Positions 8,427-17,382 are shown, counted from the first letter of the stretch. The stretch: DNA of 64,000 bases from Patescibacteria group bacterium (GCA_018822435.1 JAHJKD010000049.1:6511-70510), one strand, 5' to 3'. Notes: generated by a model not told the origin, from the sequence alone. Numbers and translations are program-made.

Positions 8427-9458
8427 ATGCTAAGCCAAAAAATTGTTGAAAAAATCCGGGTGGACGGACTGACTATTTCCACATCTCTTTTAGTCCACGC
8501 GGCTAAAAAAAACCGTCTGATAGTAAAACTGTTGCCAGAAAAAGCCCTGTCCATTTCTAATGATTCAGGACGAGAGTTTTTTTTCAAAGAAACCATGTTT
8601 CCGTGCAATGATTCGGTCGCTGCCCGTCTCTCTGACAATAAATATTTTGTCCGCCAGTTATTGCAAGCCGAAAACGTGGCTGTTCCTAAAACAAAAATTC
8701 TGGATAACGCAGCGGCCTGGGAAAAAACTTTAAAAAGCCGGCACCTCAGTTTTCCCCTTGTCGTCAAGCCCCTTAATGCGGCCCATGGCCATGGCATCAC
8801 AGTAAAAATTATGCGTAAATCTGTATTGCGAGAAGCAGTCAAAAAAGCTTTCAAATTAACCCGAGAAGTCAACCGTAAAAAAAGAATACTAGTGGAAGAG
8901 TATTTTGAAGGCCATGACCTGAGATTTTTAACAGTCGGCAATAAAGTAATATCTGTGGTGGAAAGGAAACCAGCTTATGTAGTCGGCAACGGAGAAGATA
9001 ATATCAGAAAACTAATTAAAAATTATAATCAGGTGTGGCGTTCGCGCATATCACAATATGACATGCCTCTCTGCCCAATATTAATTGACAGTGAAGTTAC
9101 TCGTCGCCTTTCTCTTCAGAACCTGAAAATCGATTCCTTGCTGAAAAAAGGTCAGGTTGCTCATCTTAGATTTAATGCCAATGTCAGCACGGGCGGGCGC
9201 ACTTTTGATGTTACAGACGAGGTCTCACCGGCTTTGAAAAAACTGGCCCTGAAGTGCATGGATATAACAAAATTACAGGTGGCCGGCGTGGACATGCTTT
9301 GCAAGGATATAAAATCTTCAGATACGACTTACAATAATCTCTGCATCCTGGAGGTGAATGACGAACCAGGCCTGGACATCCATTATTTTCCGTTCCAGGG
9401 AAAATCAAGGGACATCGGCACGGCCATACTAAAACATATATTTAAGGTGAATAGCTAA
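8427..9458 (+). CDS. ATP-grasp protein resembling the cyanophycin synthetase/GshAB ATP-grasp domain
   Basis: FPLVVKP...HGHGIT, ILVEEY.EG.DLRFL, ER.PA.VVGNG, ANVSTGG, ILEVN..PGL.IH. Confidence 0.85.
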   Translation: MLSQKIVEKIRVDGLTISTSLLVHAAKKNRLIVKLLPEKALSISNDSGREFFFKETMFPCNDSVAARLSDNKYFVRQLLQAENVAVPKTKILDNAAAWEKTLKSRHLSFPLVVKPLNAAHGHGITVKIMRKSVLREAVKKAFKLTREVNRKKRILVEEYFEGHDLRFLTVGNKVISVVERKPAYVVGNGEDNIRKLIKNYNQVWRSRISQYDMPLCPILIDSEVTRRLSLQNLKIDSLLKKGQVAHLRFNANVSTGGRTFDVTDEVSPALKKLALKCMDITKLQVAGVDMLCKDIKSSDTTYNNLCILEVNDEPGLDIHYFPFQGKSRDIGTAILKHIFKVNS

Positions 9459-10317
9459 TTTGGAAATCACGCCAGCTTAGGTCATTACCTTCTATAAGGC
9501 TAAATTTATAAACCATGCCATTTACTAAAACTATGTATTCTTCTTCGGGGGTGAAATATATATCGGCTTCGGATGGAAGAAGTTTCGTGAACCACGGCAC
9601 AGCCGTTACTTTTTCACCCTGAATCTCAAATTCATTTGCTTCCTCGCATTGAATTAAATAATCAGACACAGAATCGCCAGAATGAAAAAGCTTCATACTA
9701 TAAGCTGATAGTTCTTCAGAGAAAATAATTTCGAAATATCTAACAACATCTTTTTTCAAATAAACTTTTAGGTTACAGCGCAACAATTCTTTTTCATCAT
9801 AACTGCTGGGATCATCAATCGGTTCAAAAATTGTCCCCTCTTCGACAAACAGAGTTTTCTCTAAAAATGGAATATTAGGTATCGGCTGTTTGCCATATAA
9901 AATCATGCCATAAGGACTGGCGTAAGATTTGTAAACATTCACAATACCGCCTTTTTCAGACACCTTCTGAGAATAAACTAATTCTTGGCCCATTGGTTCT
10001 AAAAATTCGTACGAACCTAAACTGGCATAGGGAGTGGACAGAGTAAGAAAAGCAAACAAGATAGCGACCAGAGCGGGAACCTGAACGATAATACCGGTAA
10101 TCTCGACCCACCTTTTTTTTAGTTTCATACGAATCAACATGTAAATTCCGAATATGGAAAAAATTCCGGCGATGAAGTAGAAATAAAAATCAAAAGCATA
10201 TCCGCTAAATGAATAAGGGGTAAAAAGCAGGATGAAAATTATAACGTTTAAAATAAAGGAGATGGCCAGGTATGTTCCTTCCAGAGCATGATTATTGTTT
10301 TTTTTCTTTTTGGCCAT
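9442..10317 (-). CDS. Hypothetical membrane protein
   Basis: 3 N-terminal TM segments plus a soluble domain. Confidence 0.7.
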   Translation of the reverse strand: MAKKKKNNNHALEGTYLAISFILNVIIFILLFTPYSFSGYAFDFYFYFIAGIFSIFGIYMLIRMKLKKRWVEITGIIVQVPALVAILFAFLTLSTPYASLGSYEFLEPMGQELVYSQKVSEKGGIVNVYKSYASPYGMILYGKQPIPNIPFLEKTLFVEEGTIFEPIDDPSSYDEKELLRCNLKVYLKKDVVRYFEIIFSEELSAYSMKLFHSGDSVSDYLIQCEEANEFEIQGEKVTAVPWFTKLLPSEADIYFTPEEEYIVLVNGMVYKFSLIEGNDLSWRDFQISYSP

Positions 10318-10328
10318 ATGTTTTTTTA

Positions 10329-10862
10329 TTAATTAAATGTGCCTTCAAGCACTTTTGTTTCCATTTGGCCGTCCTGGCCGCTTTTTTCTGTTTCCTGAGA
10401 AATGATAACAGTCTGGTATTCATCCATATCCTGGTCGTTATTATATTCCAGCATAAAAGCAGAACCTGATTTTTCTATTTTCCCCACAGACATATGGTCG
10501 CCATCACTTTTTTGGATCCAAGCTTCATAAAAATAGCCGACTGGCGGATCAAGCAATTCAGCATCAATATTTAAAACATAATTATTTTCAAAATAACGGC
10601 TCGCCTTCCCAGAACCTTCAAAACCCTGGACTCCGCTTAGATCAGCGGTCTGGACAAGGGCAGCTGCTTCTTCTTGAGTTTTGGTAGGCTCTTTAAAGGA
10701 ATCACCAGACAGATCACCGTCTTCGCCTTGGACAACATTATTGTTAGGACTGGCATTGGTGGCCTGGTTATCAACTGGCTGGCTGCAAAGCGCGCCGACG
10801 AAAACCAAAACAGTAAGACTTGCAATAATGGGAAGGATTTTTTTCATATTTTTTATATTCAA
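10329..10862 (-). CDS. Putative lipoprotein with RskA-C-like (FYExW) domain
   Basis: GALC lipobox-like motif; paralogous to 10947-11564. Confidence 0.7.
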   Translation of the reverse strand: MNIKNMKKILPIIASLTVLVFVGALCSQPVDNQATNASPNNNVVQGEDGDLSGDSFKEPTKTQEEAAALVQTADLSGVQGFEGSGKASRYFENNYVLNIDAELLDPPVGYFYEAWIQKSDGDHMSVGKIEKSGSAFMLEYNNDQDMDEYQTVIISQETEKSGQDGQMETKVLEGTFN

Positions 10863-10946
10863 TATTATATATTTATTTTACCAAAAATCGGCAAAAAAAA
10901 GAAGGCGAGCAATAAAGCCCGCCTTCTGCTATTTTATAGCCCTTCT

Positions 10947-11564
10947 TTAATCTTCGTCCTCATCCGTACATGGTCCAAGATAGTCGCCATGGGCTTCGTG
11001 TCCTGGCCAGTTATTGCCATTTATAGTCATGGTATTCTCAGCTGGGGTGCCTGGTTTATGGCAAATGACCATTTCTTCGTCTTCTCCTTGGCCAGCAATA
11101 AATTCACCTTCAAGGATCGGGGTTTCAGCAACACCGTCTAACCCGTTAGCTGTAGTTTCCTGAGTTACAACTACTTGAGAATAATCCATGTAATCTGTGC
11201 CAGATTCAAAATCTAAAACCCAAGTACCTTGGATTTTTTCAAGCATTCCCACTGATACTTCAGTTCCATTTAGCACGAGCCAGCCTTCATAAAAGAAGTC
11301 TTTATGAGGGTTAGGAAGATTTGCGCCAATGGAAAGGCTGTAATTACCGCCTTCGATTAAATCACCGCGGATGGCAGTGCCATCGCCAGGCACGTCGGCC
11401 ACAGCCACTAGAGTGGCCACGTTTGACTCTGTATAACCAGCAGTTACAATTTCTTCATTAACGTTTACGTCATTGACGTTTTCCACGTCAGAAGTCTGTT
11501 CGCATAAAGCACCGGCAAAAACTAGCATGGCCAGAACGCCCAGAAAGAGAGCTAATTTTTTCAT
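10947..11564 (-). CDS. Putative lipoprotein with FYEGWL domain and C-terminal ICH...HxxHGDYLGPC module
   Basis: GALC lipobox-like motif; shares G.G.A.R, FYE.W, SVG..EK, QET...G.DG..ET..LEG.F with its neighbour. Confidence 0.7.
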   Translation of the reverse strand: MKKLALFLGVLAMLVFAGALCEQTSDVENVNDVNVNEEIVTAGYTESNVATLVAVADVPGDGTAIRGDLIEGGNYSLSIGANLPNPHKDFFYEGWLVLNGTEVSVGMLEKIQGTWVLDFESGTDYMDYSQVVVTQETTANGLDGVAETPILEGEFIAGQGEDEEMVICHKPGTPAENTMTINGNNWPGHEAHGDYLGPCTDEDED

Positions 11565-11723
11565 AGATTTATTATTAATTGTTCTAACTCTTAGTATTAT
11601 ATACTAATCTATATATAATACCACTTCTATCATCAGAAATATACATAGCACCGGAAGCGACTTCGAGATCAGTAAATTCTTCCTTAAATTCAATTACAGC
11701 CAAAAACCCCACAATGGAGGGGT

Positions 11724-12161
11724 TTAGCTGAAATAATCATTGACGGCGGCATTATCCAGCTTTTTTCTGTTGATTAATTTATTAATCAGTCTAATAAGCG
11801 TTTTAATTTCATTTTCATCTAATCCATCAATGGGTTCCGTGCCTTTTGCCAACATTAGCTTGCTATGTTTAGCAATCTGTTTTTGGCCGTTATAAGACAG
11901 TTTGTAAGTGTCTTCATTTTTATCTGATTTTATTTTATTTATCATGCCCTCTTTTTCTAGGGCTGATAATTTTTTGGTAATTTCGTCTTCAGATAAGGAA
12001 AAGAGTCCGGCCAGATAAGAAGCTGTGGTCGGATTTTTTTCAATATTGAAAAGGATAGTGTTAGTAAAAAGCAGATCGTGATTAAGATTGGCTGTTTGAG
12101 CCTGCATTTTTTTAAGCAGGACATATAGTTGTACTAATAAATTTACTCGATTACTGGACAT
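11724..12161 (-). CDS. MarR-like winged-helix regulator
   Basis: T.S.LA......IT..L..LEKEGMI.K...Y.LS..G pattern; own promoter TTGACC-N17-TATTAT at 12219-12191. Confidence 0.65.
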   Translation of the reverse strand: MSSNRVNLLVQLYVLLKKMQAQTANLNHDLLFTNTILFNIEKNPTTASYLAGLFSLSEDEITKKLSALEKEGMINKIKSDKNEDTYKLSYNGQKQIAKHSKLMLAKGTEPIDGLDENEIKTLIRLINKLINRKKLDNAAVNDYFS

Positions 12162-12234
12162 TTTATATTTTTTTAATAAATTCTCTAGATATAATAGATT
12201 AAAAATCTGAATAGGTCAATTCCTTAGTATAACC

Positions 12235-12269
12235 AAAAAAAAGACCCCGGCCAGTAGGCAGAGGTCTTT
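12235..12269 (-). terminator. Intrinsic terminator after the Cys-rich micropeptide
   Basis: aaagacctctgcc-tact-ggccggggtcttt plus T-run on the minus strand. Confidence 0.8.
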
Positions 12270-12285
12270 GTAATAAATTTGGCAC

Positions 12286-12345
12286 TTAGCAGCCGCCTTC
12301 GCCGCAGCAACCGCAGCCAGGGCATCCCGGTCCAAAATTTTTCAT
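12286..12345 (-). CDS. 19-aa Cys/Gly-rich micropeptide MKNFGPGCPGCGCCGEGGC
   Basis: ATG at 12345 to TAA at 12286; GC-rich coding patch in AT-rich intergenic DNA, bracketed by promoter and terminator. Confidence 0.65.
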   Translation of the reverse strand: MKNFGPGCPGCGCCGEGGC

Positions 12346-12378
12346 ATGTGTATTGGCTTAATTATTAAATGTTTTTAG

Positions 12379-12407
12379 AGTCTATAGGAAATTTTCGATT
12401 TTGTCAA
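12379..12407 (-). promoter_or_regulatory. Sigma70 promoter TTGACA-N17-TAGACT
   Basis: Near-consensus hexamers with 17-nt spacer, upstream of the micropeptide. Confidence 0.75.
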
Positions 12408-12409
12408 TA

Positions 12410-13720
12410 TTACCAGTAGCGCAGCCAAAGATAAATATTACTGATAGCCACCGTAATGATCATAATTACAAGACCGGTTTTCATAAATTCCACAAAGGTA
12501 ATTTTATATCCGGCTTTTTCTGACATTCCGGCCACGACTAGATTTGCGCTCGCGCCAACTAAAGCGCCGTTGCCGCCAAGACAAGCTCCCAGAGCAAGCG
12601 ACCACCAAAGAGGATTAAGGTTGGAAAAAGTGCCTCCCATATCTTGAACTAGGGGTATCATAGTGGCGACAAAGGGTATATTGTCGACAAAGGCAGAGAT
12701 AAAGGCTGAGCCCCAGAGAATAACAGTGGAGGTAACGGCTAGGTTGCCTTGAGTAAATAGTAGTATTTGTTCTGCCAGCCAGGAAAGAACGCCGGTATTC
12801 TCTAGTCCGCCCACCAAAACGAACAGTCCGACGAAGAAGAATATAGTAGTCCATTCTACACCGTGCAAGGCTTTTTCTAAATTCTTATTTTCCAATAACA
12901 GTAGCAAACCAGCGCCGAAAATTGCAATCGTGGCTGCCTCTAATCCAAGGGCACCATGAAAAATAAAGCCGAGCATAACAAGCCCCAAGACAACTAATGA
13001 TTTTTTCAGTAGTTTCTTATCTTTAATGCTCTCTTTCTCTTTCAACTCCATAATGTTGTCCATATACTTCTGGTCCGTCTGGATCCGTTTATGATAACGC
13101 CAGTAAAAGAAAGGGATAATAGCCAGAAACATCAGCACAACTACAGGGCCGAGGTTTTTAACAAAATCCATAAAAGATAATCCGGCCGCGCTACCGATCA
13201 GGATATTGGGCGGATCGCCGATCAGGGTGGCCGTACCGCCGATGTTACTGGAAAAAACGACAACTAATAAAAATGGCTTGGGATTCACATGGAGGTTGTC
13301 ACAGATTACCATAGTTATCGGTACTAACAGAAGAACAGTCGTGACATTGTCCAGTAAGGCTGAAAATACAGCCGTAATGACAGCGAAGATGAGCATGATG
13401 GGCCAGGGGCGGCCTTTTACTTTTTTGGCTGCCTTAATCGCAATGTATTGAAATAAACCAGTATGCTTTACGATTTCTACGATGATCATCATTCCAATGA
13501 GCAGGCCGATGGTATTAAAATCAATGGCATTAATGGCTTGGTGCTGGTCGTAAAATTGTAAAAAAATACCGGCTATGATGATGATCGAAGCGCCGATAAG
13601 CGAAACGATGGTGCGATGGACCTTTTCCGATATGATCAGGCCGTAACTGGCCAGAAAAATTAAAAGAGCGGCGATTACAGCCGCAGTGGTCACTTCATTG
13701 TGGACGACTTCTTCTATCAT
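12410..13720 (-). CDS. ArsB/NhaD (SLC13/CitMHS) family permease
   Basis: SALLDNVTTVLL, SNIGGTATLIGDPPN, SAFVDNIPFVATM, LGGNG.LVGASAN. Confidence 0.9.
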   Translation of the reverse strand: MIEEVVHNEVTTAAVIAALLIFLASYGLIISEKVHRTIVSLIGASIIIIAGIFLQFYDQHQAINAIDFNTIGLLIGMMIIVEIVKHTGLFQYIAIKAAKKVKGRPWPIMLIFAVITAVFSALLDNVTTVLLLVPITMVICDNLHVNPKPFLLVVVFSSNIGGTATLIGDPPNILIGSAAGLSFMDFVKNLGPVVVLMFLAIIPFFYWRYHKRIQTDQKYMDNIMELKEKESIKDKKLLKKSLVVLGLVMLGFIFHGALGLEAATIAIFGAGLLLLLENKNLEKALHGVEWTTIFFFVGLFVLVGGLENTGVLSWLAEQILLFTQGNLAVTSTVILWGSAFISAFVDNIPFVATMIPLVQDMGGTFSNLNPLWWSLALGACLGGNGALVGASANLVVAGMSEKAGYKITFVEFMKTGLVIMIITVAISNIYLWLRYW

Positions 13721-14206
13721 ATTTCTTCTTGCTTACCTTTTTTTTCCATTTCCTCGGCTTCAGATAGGGCATCATGCAGAGCAATTTTAACAGAAGTCCG
13801 GGTAATGGCGCCAATTAGCTTGCCTTCTTTATCAACGACCGGCAGGACGCGGCGGGCGCCTTCCACGACATAAGTAGCGGCTTCGATCATGGCGTCATCA
13901 GGATCCAGAACATGGATATCTTTATACATGAAATCCTTAATCTTGTGGTGTTTAGCCTTTTTAGCATATTTGGCCAGCGTGCCTTTCACTCCAAACTGGG
14001 CCATTATTTCACTGCCCTTCAAATATTCAGGCACTATTTCTTTTATTAGGAGGTGCGAAGAAATAACGCCGATCGGCTTCTTGCTCTTATCGACCACGAC
14101 CAAGCTGTTCGTCTTTTTTTCAGACATTTTTTCCACGGCTTCTTCCAGGGTATTGTCCGGGCCAATGGTGTTGACCCAGGTTGTCATGTAATCTTTGACT
14201 TGCATA
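13717..14206 (-). CDS. CBS-domain pair protein
   Basis: VKDYMT...LVVVD..KPIGVI and IKDFM...LPVVD.EGKLIGAIT; start set at MQVKD. Confidence 0.88.
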
Positions 14207-14253
14207 ACATGAATTAAACACCTACTAATTAAATTCGTCAATAAGAAAGCTGT

Positions 14254-15189
14254 TTATAATTTCTTCAGGGTGATCCTGGTTCCGTTAAAATCCAGACAGG
14301 CGCGCTTGTCCCATTTCCAAAAATTCAGAGGGGCCGGGACTTTGCCAGCGCCACCGGGCACGTCGATGACATAGAGCGGGCAGGCCAGGCCGGACAAGCG
14401 GCTCCGAAGCTTGGTCATGATCTCGGTTTCTTTCTTGAAATCAACGATAAAATGTTCAGCACCCGAGACGTAATCACAGCGAAAAATATAATAGGGCTTG
14501 ATGCCGATCTCGATCAGGCCGGAAAAAAGGTCGTAAAGAGTCTTGACGTTGTCATTGACTCCCTTTAGGAAGACGGATTGCGATAAAATCATGGTGACAT
14601 GAGGCTGGAGGCGGCGGATGGCCCGCACTGTGGCCGGATTGATCTCGGCCGGGTGCTCGAAGTGGACCATGAGATAGAGCGGCTGGCGTTTGACTGCATC
14701 CAGGGCGGCAAGCACTTTTTTGTCCGCCTGGCGCGGATCAGACACGGGCAAGCGCGTGCCCACGCGCAGGACCTTGATCTGGGGCAGGCGGGAAAAGCGG
14801 GTCAGGGCCTTTTTTAAAAGAATGGGAACGGTCAGAGGATCTCCCCCGGAAATTATCAGCTCTTTTATTTCCGGATGTTTCTTGAGGTAGGCCACGATAT
14901 TGTCCAGGTCCTTGTCTGTAATGACGCCTTTTTTGAGATCAGAAACCTTGCGCCGGCGCGTGCAAAAACGGCAATAGGCGGCGCAGTTCATGGTCAGGAG
15001 CACTAGGGCGCGGTTGCCGTATTTATGCACCAGGCCGCGGGTGGCGGTATGTTCCTCTTCCATAAGAGGATCAGCGGTGGTCATCTTTTCGTCCCAGCCC
15101 TCTTTTTTTGAAGGCACAAACTCGCGATGCACGGCCGGGCAGGTCTTGATGATGGTTTCTAAATGGGGTGATAAGCGCTTGCTGAGCAT
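14254..15189 (-). CDS. KamA/EpmB-family radical SAM aminomutase (lysine 2,3-aminomutase-like), short form
   Basis: GLVHKY..RAL, CAAYCRFCTRRR, SGGDPL, QSVFLKGVND, PYY...D, YVID.PGG.GK (PLP Lys). Confidence 0.9.
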   Translation of the reverse strand: MLSKRLSPHLETIIKTCPAVHREFVPSKKEGWDEKMTTADPLMEEEHTATRGLVHKYGNRALVLLTMNCAAYCRFCTRRRKVSDLKKGVITDKDLDNIVAYLKKHPEIKELIISGGDPLTVPILLKKALTRFSRLPQIKVLRVGTRLPVSDPRQADKKVLAALDAVKRQPLYLMVHFEHPAEINPATVRAIRRLQPHVTMILSQSVFLKGVNDNVKTLYDLFSGLIEIGIKPYYIFRCDYVSGAEHFIVDFKKETEIMTKLRSRLSGLACPLYVIDVPGGAGKVPAPLNFWKWDKRACLDFNGTRITLKKL

Positions 15190-15202
15190 TTTTTATTTAA
15201 AA

Positions 15203-16237
15203 TTATTTTTTTATGCAATTATATTTGATACCATAGCGGTGGCAGGCTGATTTCAGGATAGCGGCGATCATGCCGTCATAGGCCAGACCGGCCGCGCGGG
15301 CAGCGCGGGGAAAGCGCGAATTTTCACGCGGGTCTGGAATTATCCCGGGCGGGCAATTGATCTCAATCACATAGGGTGTGCTCTTCTTGAGCCGCAGGTC
15401 GATCCGCGCCCAGTCGGCCATTTCCAACGCCTGGAAAGTGTGGCGGCAGACCTGGCTGATCTTCTTGGCCAGGGCCGGGCTGATCTTGGCCGGGCAGACC
15501 AGGGGGTCGGCCTCGTGCTGGGGATCGTCATAGACCCATTTGGCCTCGTAGTGGTCGAATTTGGGCATGTGGGCAGGCAGAGCATCGAAAGTCACTTCTA
15601 TAATGGGCAGGACGCGAGGCGGCGTGCCCAGCAGGGCGACCGTGAACTCGCGACCCTCTATATATTCCTCGATAATGACGCTCTGGCCGTGCTGGCGGAT
15701 GATGTCATCCGCTACCCTGACCAGGTCGGCATGGTTGCCAACCAGATTGGCGCTGCCGATGCCCTTGCTCGAGCCTTCGCCGAGGGGCTTGACGATGGCC
15801 GGAAAAAAATCAACATTATCGGGCCGTATTTCCGCAGCGGCCCTAGCCGTGAACCAGCGCGGCGTCGGGATCTTGTGGGCCAGGAGGACTTCCTTGGCCT
15901 TAGCCTTGTGTAGGCCGAGGGCGTAGCCCAGCGGACTGGGGCCGGTATAGGGGATCTCGAGCATTTCCAGCATGGCCGGGATCTGGGCCTCGCGATCCAG
16001 GCCGTGCATGCCTTCGGCTATATTGAATACCAGGTCGAGCTGCTGCCTCAGGTCATGAAGCTTCTTATAGGCAGAATGATCGGCTTCGATGCAAAAAACA
16101 GTATGGCCGAGCCCTTGCAAGGCGTCGTAAATGCCGGCAATGGTGGCTGGTTCGTCAAATTCCGCTTCCATAATATATTGAGGGTCGTCCATGTCCGGTT
16201 TGACGTGGCGGACGTTGTAGGTGAAGCCGATATTCAT
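15203..16237 (-). CDS. D-Ala-D-Ala-ligase-like ATP-grasp enzyme (KamA-associated)
   Basis: AEFD, VFNIAEG..G..REAQIPA.LE...IPYTG, IVKP..EGSSKGI, EEYIEGREFTV, ARIDLR, IEIN..PG; start set at MNIGFTY. Confidence 0.88.
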   Translation of the reverse strand: MNIGFTYNVRHVKPDMDDPQYIMEAEFDEPATIAGIYDALQGLGHTVFCIEADHSAYKKLHDLRQQLDLVFNIAEGMHGLDREAQIPAMLEMLEIPYTGPSPLGYALGLHKAKAKEVLLAHKIPTPRWFTARAAAEIRPDNVDFFPAIVKPLGEGSSKGIGSANLVGNHADLVRVADDIIRQHGQSVIIEEYIEGREFTVALLGTPPRVLPIIEVTFDALPAHMPKFDHYEAKWVYDDPQHEADPLVCPAKISPALAKKISQVCRHTFQALEMADWARIDLRLKKSTPYVIEINCPPGIIPDPRENSRFPRAARAAGLAYDGMIAAILKSACHRYGIKYNCIKK

Positions 16238-16365
16238 AAAATTAAAAAAACCCAGCAAAGGGGCTCACTTTTAATGGGTCTTAAATTGAGGTTTTTAGCT
16301 TTAGCGGCTGTTGTCAGGCAGTCCGGAGGATGATCATCGTCATCCTTTAATATTTCTGTTTCCAT
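16234..16365 (-). CDS. 43-aa leader ORF METEILKDDDDHPPDCLTTAAKAKNLNLRPIKSEPLCWVFLIL
   Basis: ATG about 10 nt after the predicted TSS; its TGA overlaps the ATP-grasp ATG (ATGA). Confidence 0.55.
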   Translation of the reverse strand: METEILKDDDDHPPDCLTTAAKAKNLNLRPIKSEPLCWVFLIL

Positions 16366-16381
16366 TTTTTTATTCAAATAT

Positions 16382-16409
16382 ATTCTACTCCGGTTTTTTC
16401 CGGTGTCAA
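16382..16409 (-). promoter_or_regulatory. Sigma70 promoter TTGACA-N16-TAGAAT for leader/ATP-grasp/KamA
   Basis: Near-consensus hexamers directly upstream of the leader ATG. Confidence 0.7.
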
Positions 16410-16539
16410 TATCTGCCGGAAACAGGCTGTGTATAAATTAGAATAATACCGGTCGCTGCCTGATGGGATAGAACCACCAGACAGCGACCAGGATCCTGAT
16501 GCGGGGGAGAGAGGCCATTGGTCTGAAAGAAATCCATGG

Positions 16540-16734
16540 CTAGTTTCCCCTGCTCTGTACAGCCTCCGAGGCCATCCACCGCTTTCGCTGGGTTGGGCTC
16601 ATCCGGTTGTACTGGGCTCGTTGGTTACAGGAGAGCCTCAGATAGAACCTACGGAAAGGGTCAATCTGTGGACAGTTGGGATCATCTGTCCCGGAAGGTA
16701 CGGTTCGTTCATTTGGCTTGCTGACCTTGGTCAT
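16540..16734 (-). CDS. 64-aa orphan protein downstream of the SAM-I riboswitch
   Basis: GAGGAGG SD before ATG (MTKVSKPN...); long hairpin at about 16450-16494 after the stop. Confidence 0.55.
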   Translation of the reverse strand: MTKVSKPNERTVPSGTDDPNCPQIDPFRRFYLRLSCNQRAQYNRMSPTQRKRWMASEAVQSRGN

Positions 16735-16789
16735 GAAACACCTCCTCATGGCGGCCGGTTGAACGGGCCTTTTTATCTTACCCCCATGG

Positions 16790-16840
16790 CAAAACAAAAA
16801 GCTTCTTACCCCGATAATGCAGAATAAGAAGCTTTTTGTC
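16790..16840 (-). terminator. Terminator (SAM-I expression platform)
   Basis: acaaaaagcttcttattc...ggggtaagaagctttttgt hairpin followed by tttt. Confidence 0.7.
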
Positions 16841-16867
16841 TTCTTGCCTTTCGATAAACTCAAGGCC

Positions 16868-16960
16868 ATATCTTCCTCCAAGGGGGGCAGGACTTACCAC
16901 CCGGCTTATCCGGGTTGGCGAGCAGTCAACGGGCCTGATCCCTCGTGCTTCTCTTGATAT
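16868..16960 (-). ncRNA. SAM-I (S-box) riboswitch
   Basis: ATATCAAGAG..AGGGA.CAGGCCC.TTGA..GCCAACC...GGTGGTAAGTCC...GAAGATAT; P1 atatc/gatat; upstream promoter TTGCGA-N17-TAGAAT at 17014-16986. Confidence 0.9.
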
Positions 16961-17032
16961 TTTTGAATTGCAATGAACTATAAATATTCTAACAAATATT
17001 TCTTACCTTCGCAACGATTTTCTTGGGGATAA

Positions 17033-17278
17033 TTAAAACCAGCTCTTCTTCTGTTTATTTTTATCTTCATCCAGGGCATCTAACTGTTTTTGCCTCATTT
17101 CATCTTCAGCTTGTTGCTGGACTTTTTGCAAATTCATGTCAGCCATCTGTAATTTTTGCTCGGCCAGACGATAAGCTCTTTTAGAAGCGTCTAAATCCTG
17201 CTTGGCCCGATCAAACTCCTGCTTGACTCGTTGCTGTTCAGCCTCGGCCATGGGTAAATCTTGATCTACTAATGACAT
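17033..17278 (-). CDS. Small coiled-coil hypothetical protein
   Basis: MSLVDQDL... Gln/Ala/Lys-rich heptads; the ORF-track start lies inside the tRNA and was corrected. Confidence 0.65.
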   Translation of the reverse strand: MSLVDQDLPMAEAEQQRVKQEFDRAKQDLDASKRAYRLAEQKLQMADMNLQKVQQQAEDEMRQKQLDALDEDKNKQKKSWF

Positions 17279-17296
17279 ATTTTTTAAATTAATTTG

Positions 17297-17369
17297 TCGG
17301 ACTGGCGGGACTCGAACCCACGACCTCACGCACCCGAGGCGTGCGCGCTACCAACTGCGCTACAGTCCG
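17297..17369 (-). tRNA. tRNA-Pro(CGG)
   Basis: cggactg/cagtccg acceptor stem, cacgc-ct-CGG-gt-gcgtg anticodon arm, GTTCGA T-loop. Confidence 0.96.
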
Positions 17370-17382
17370 TCTGGAACAGATA

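Noticed and set aside
16735-16881. N-terminal extension of the ORF-track 113-aa protein
   Set aside because: It runs through the SAM-I aptamer end and terminator; the SD-led ATG at 16734 is more plausible.
14254-17369. tRNA-Pro-anchored integrative island
   Set aside because: A GC shift is visible, but I found no integrase and no duplicated tRNA 3' end at the far boundary.
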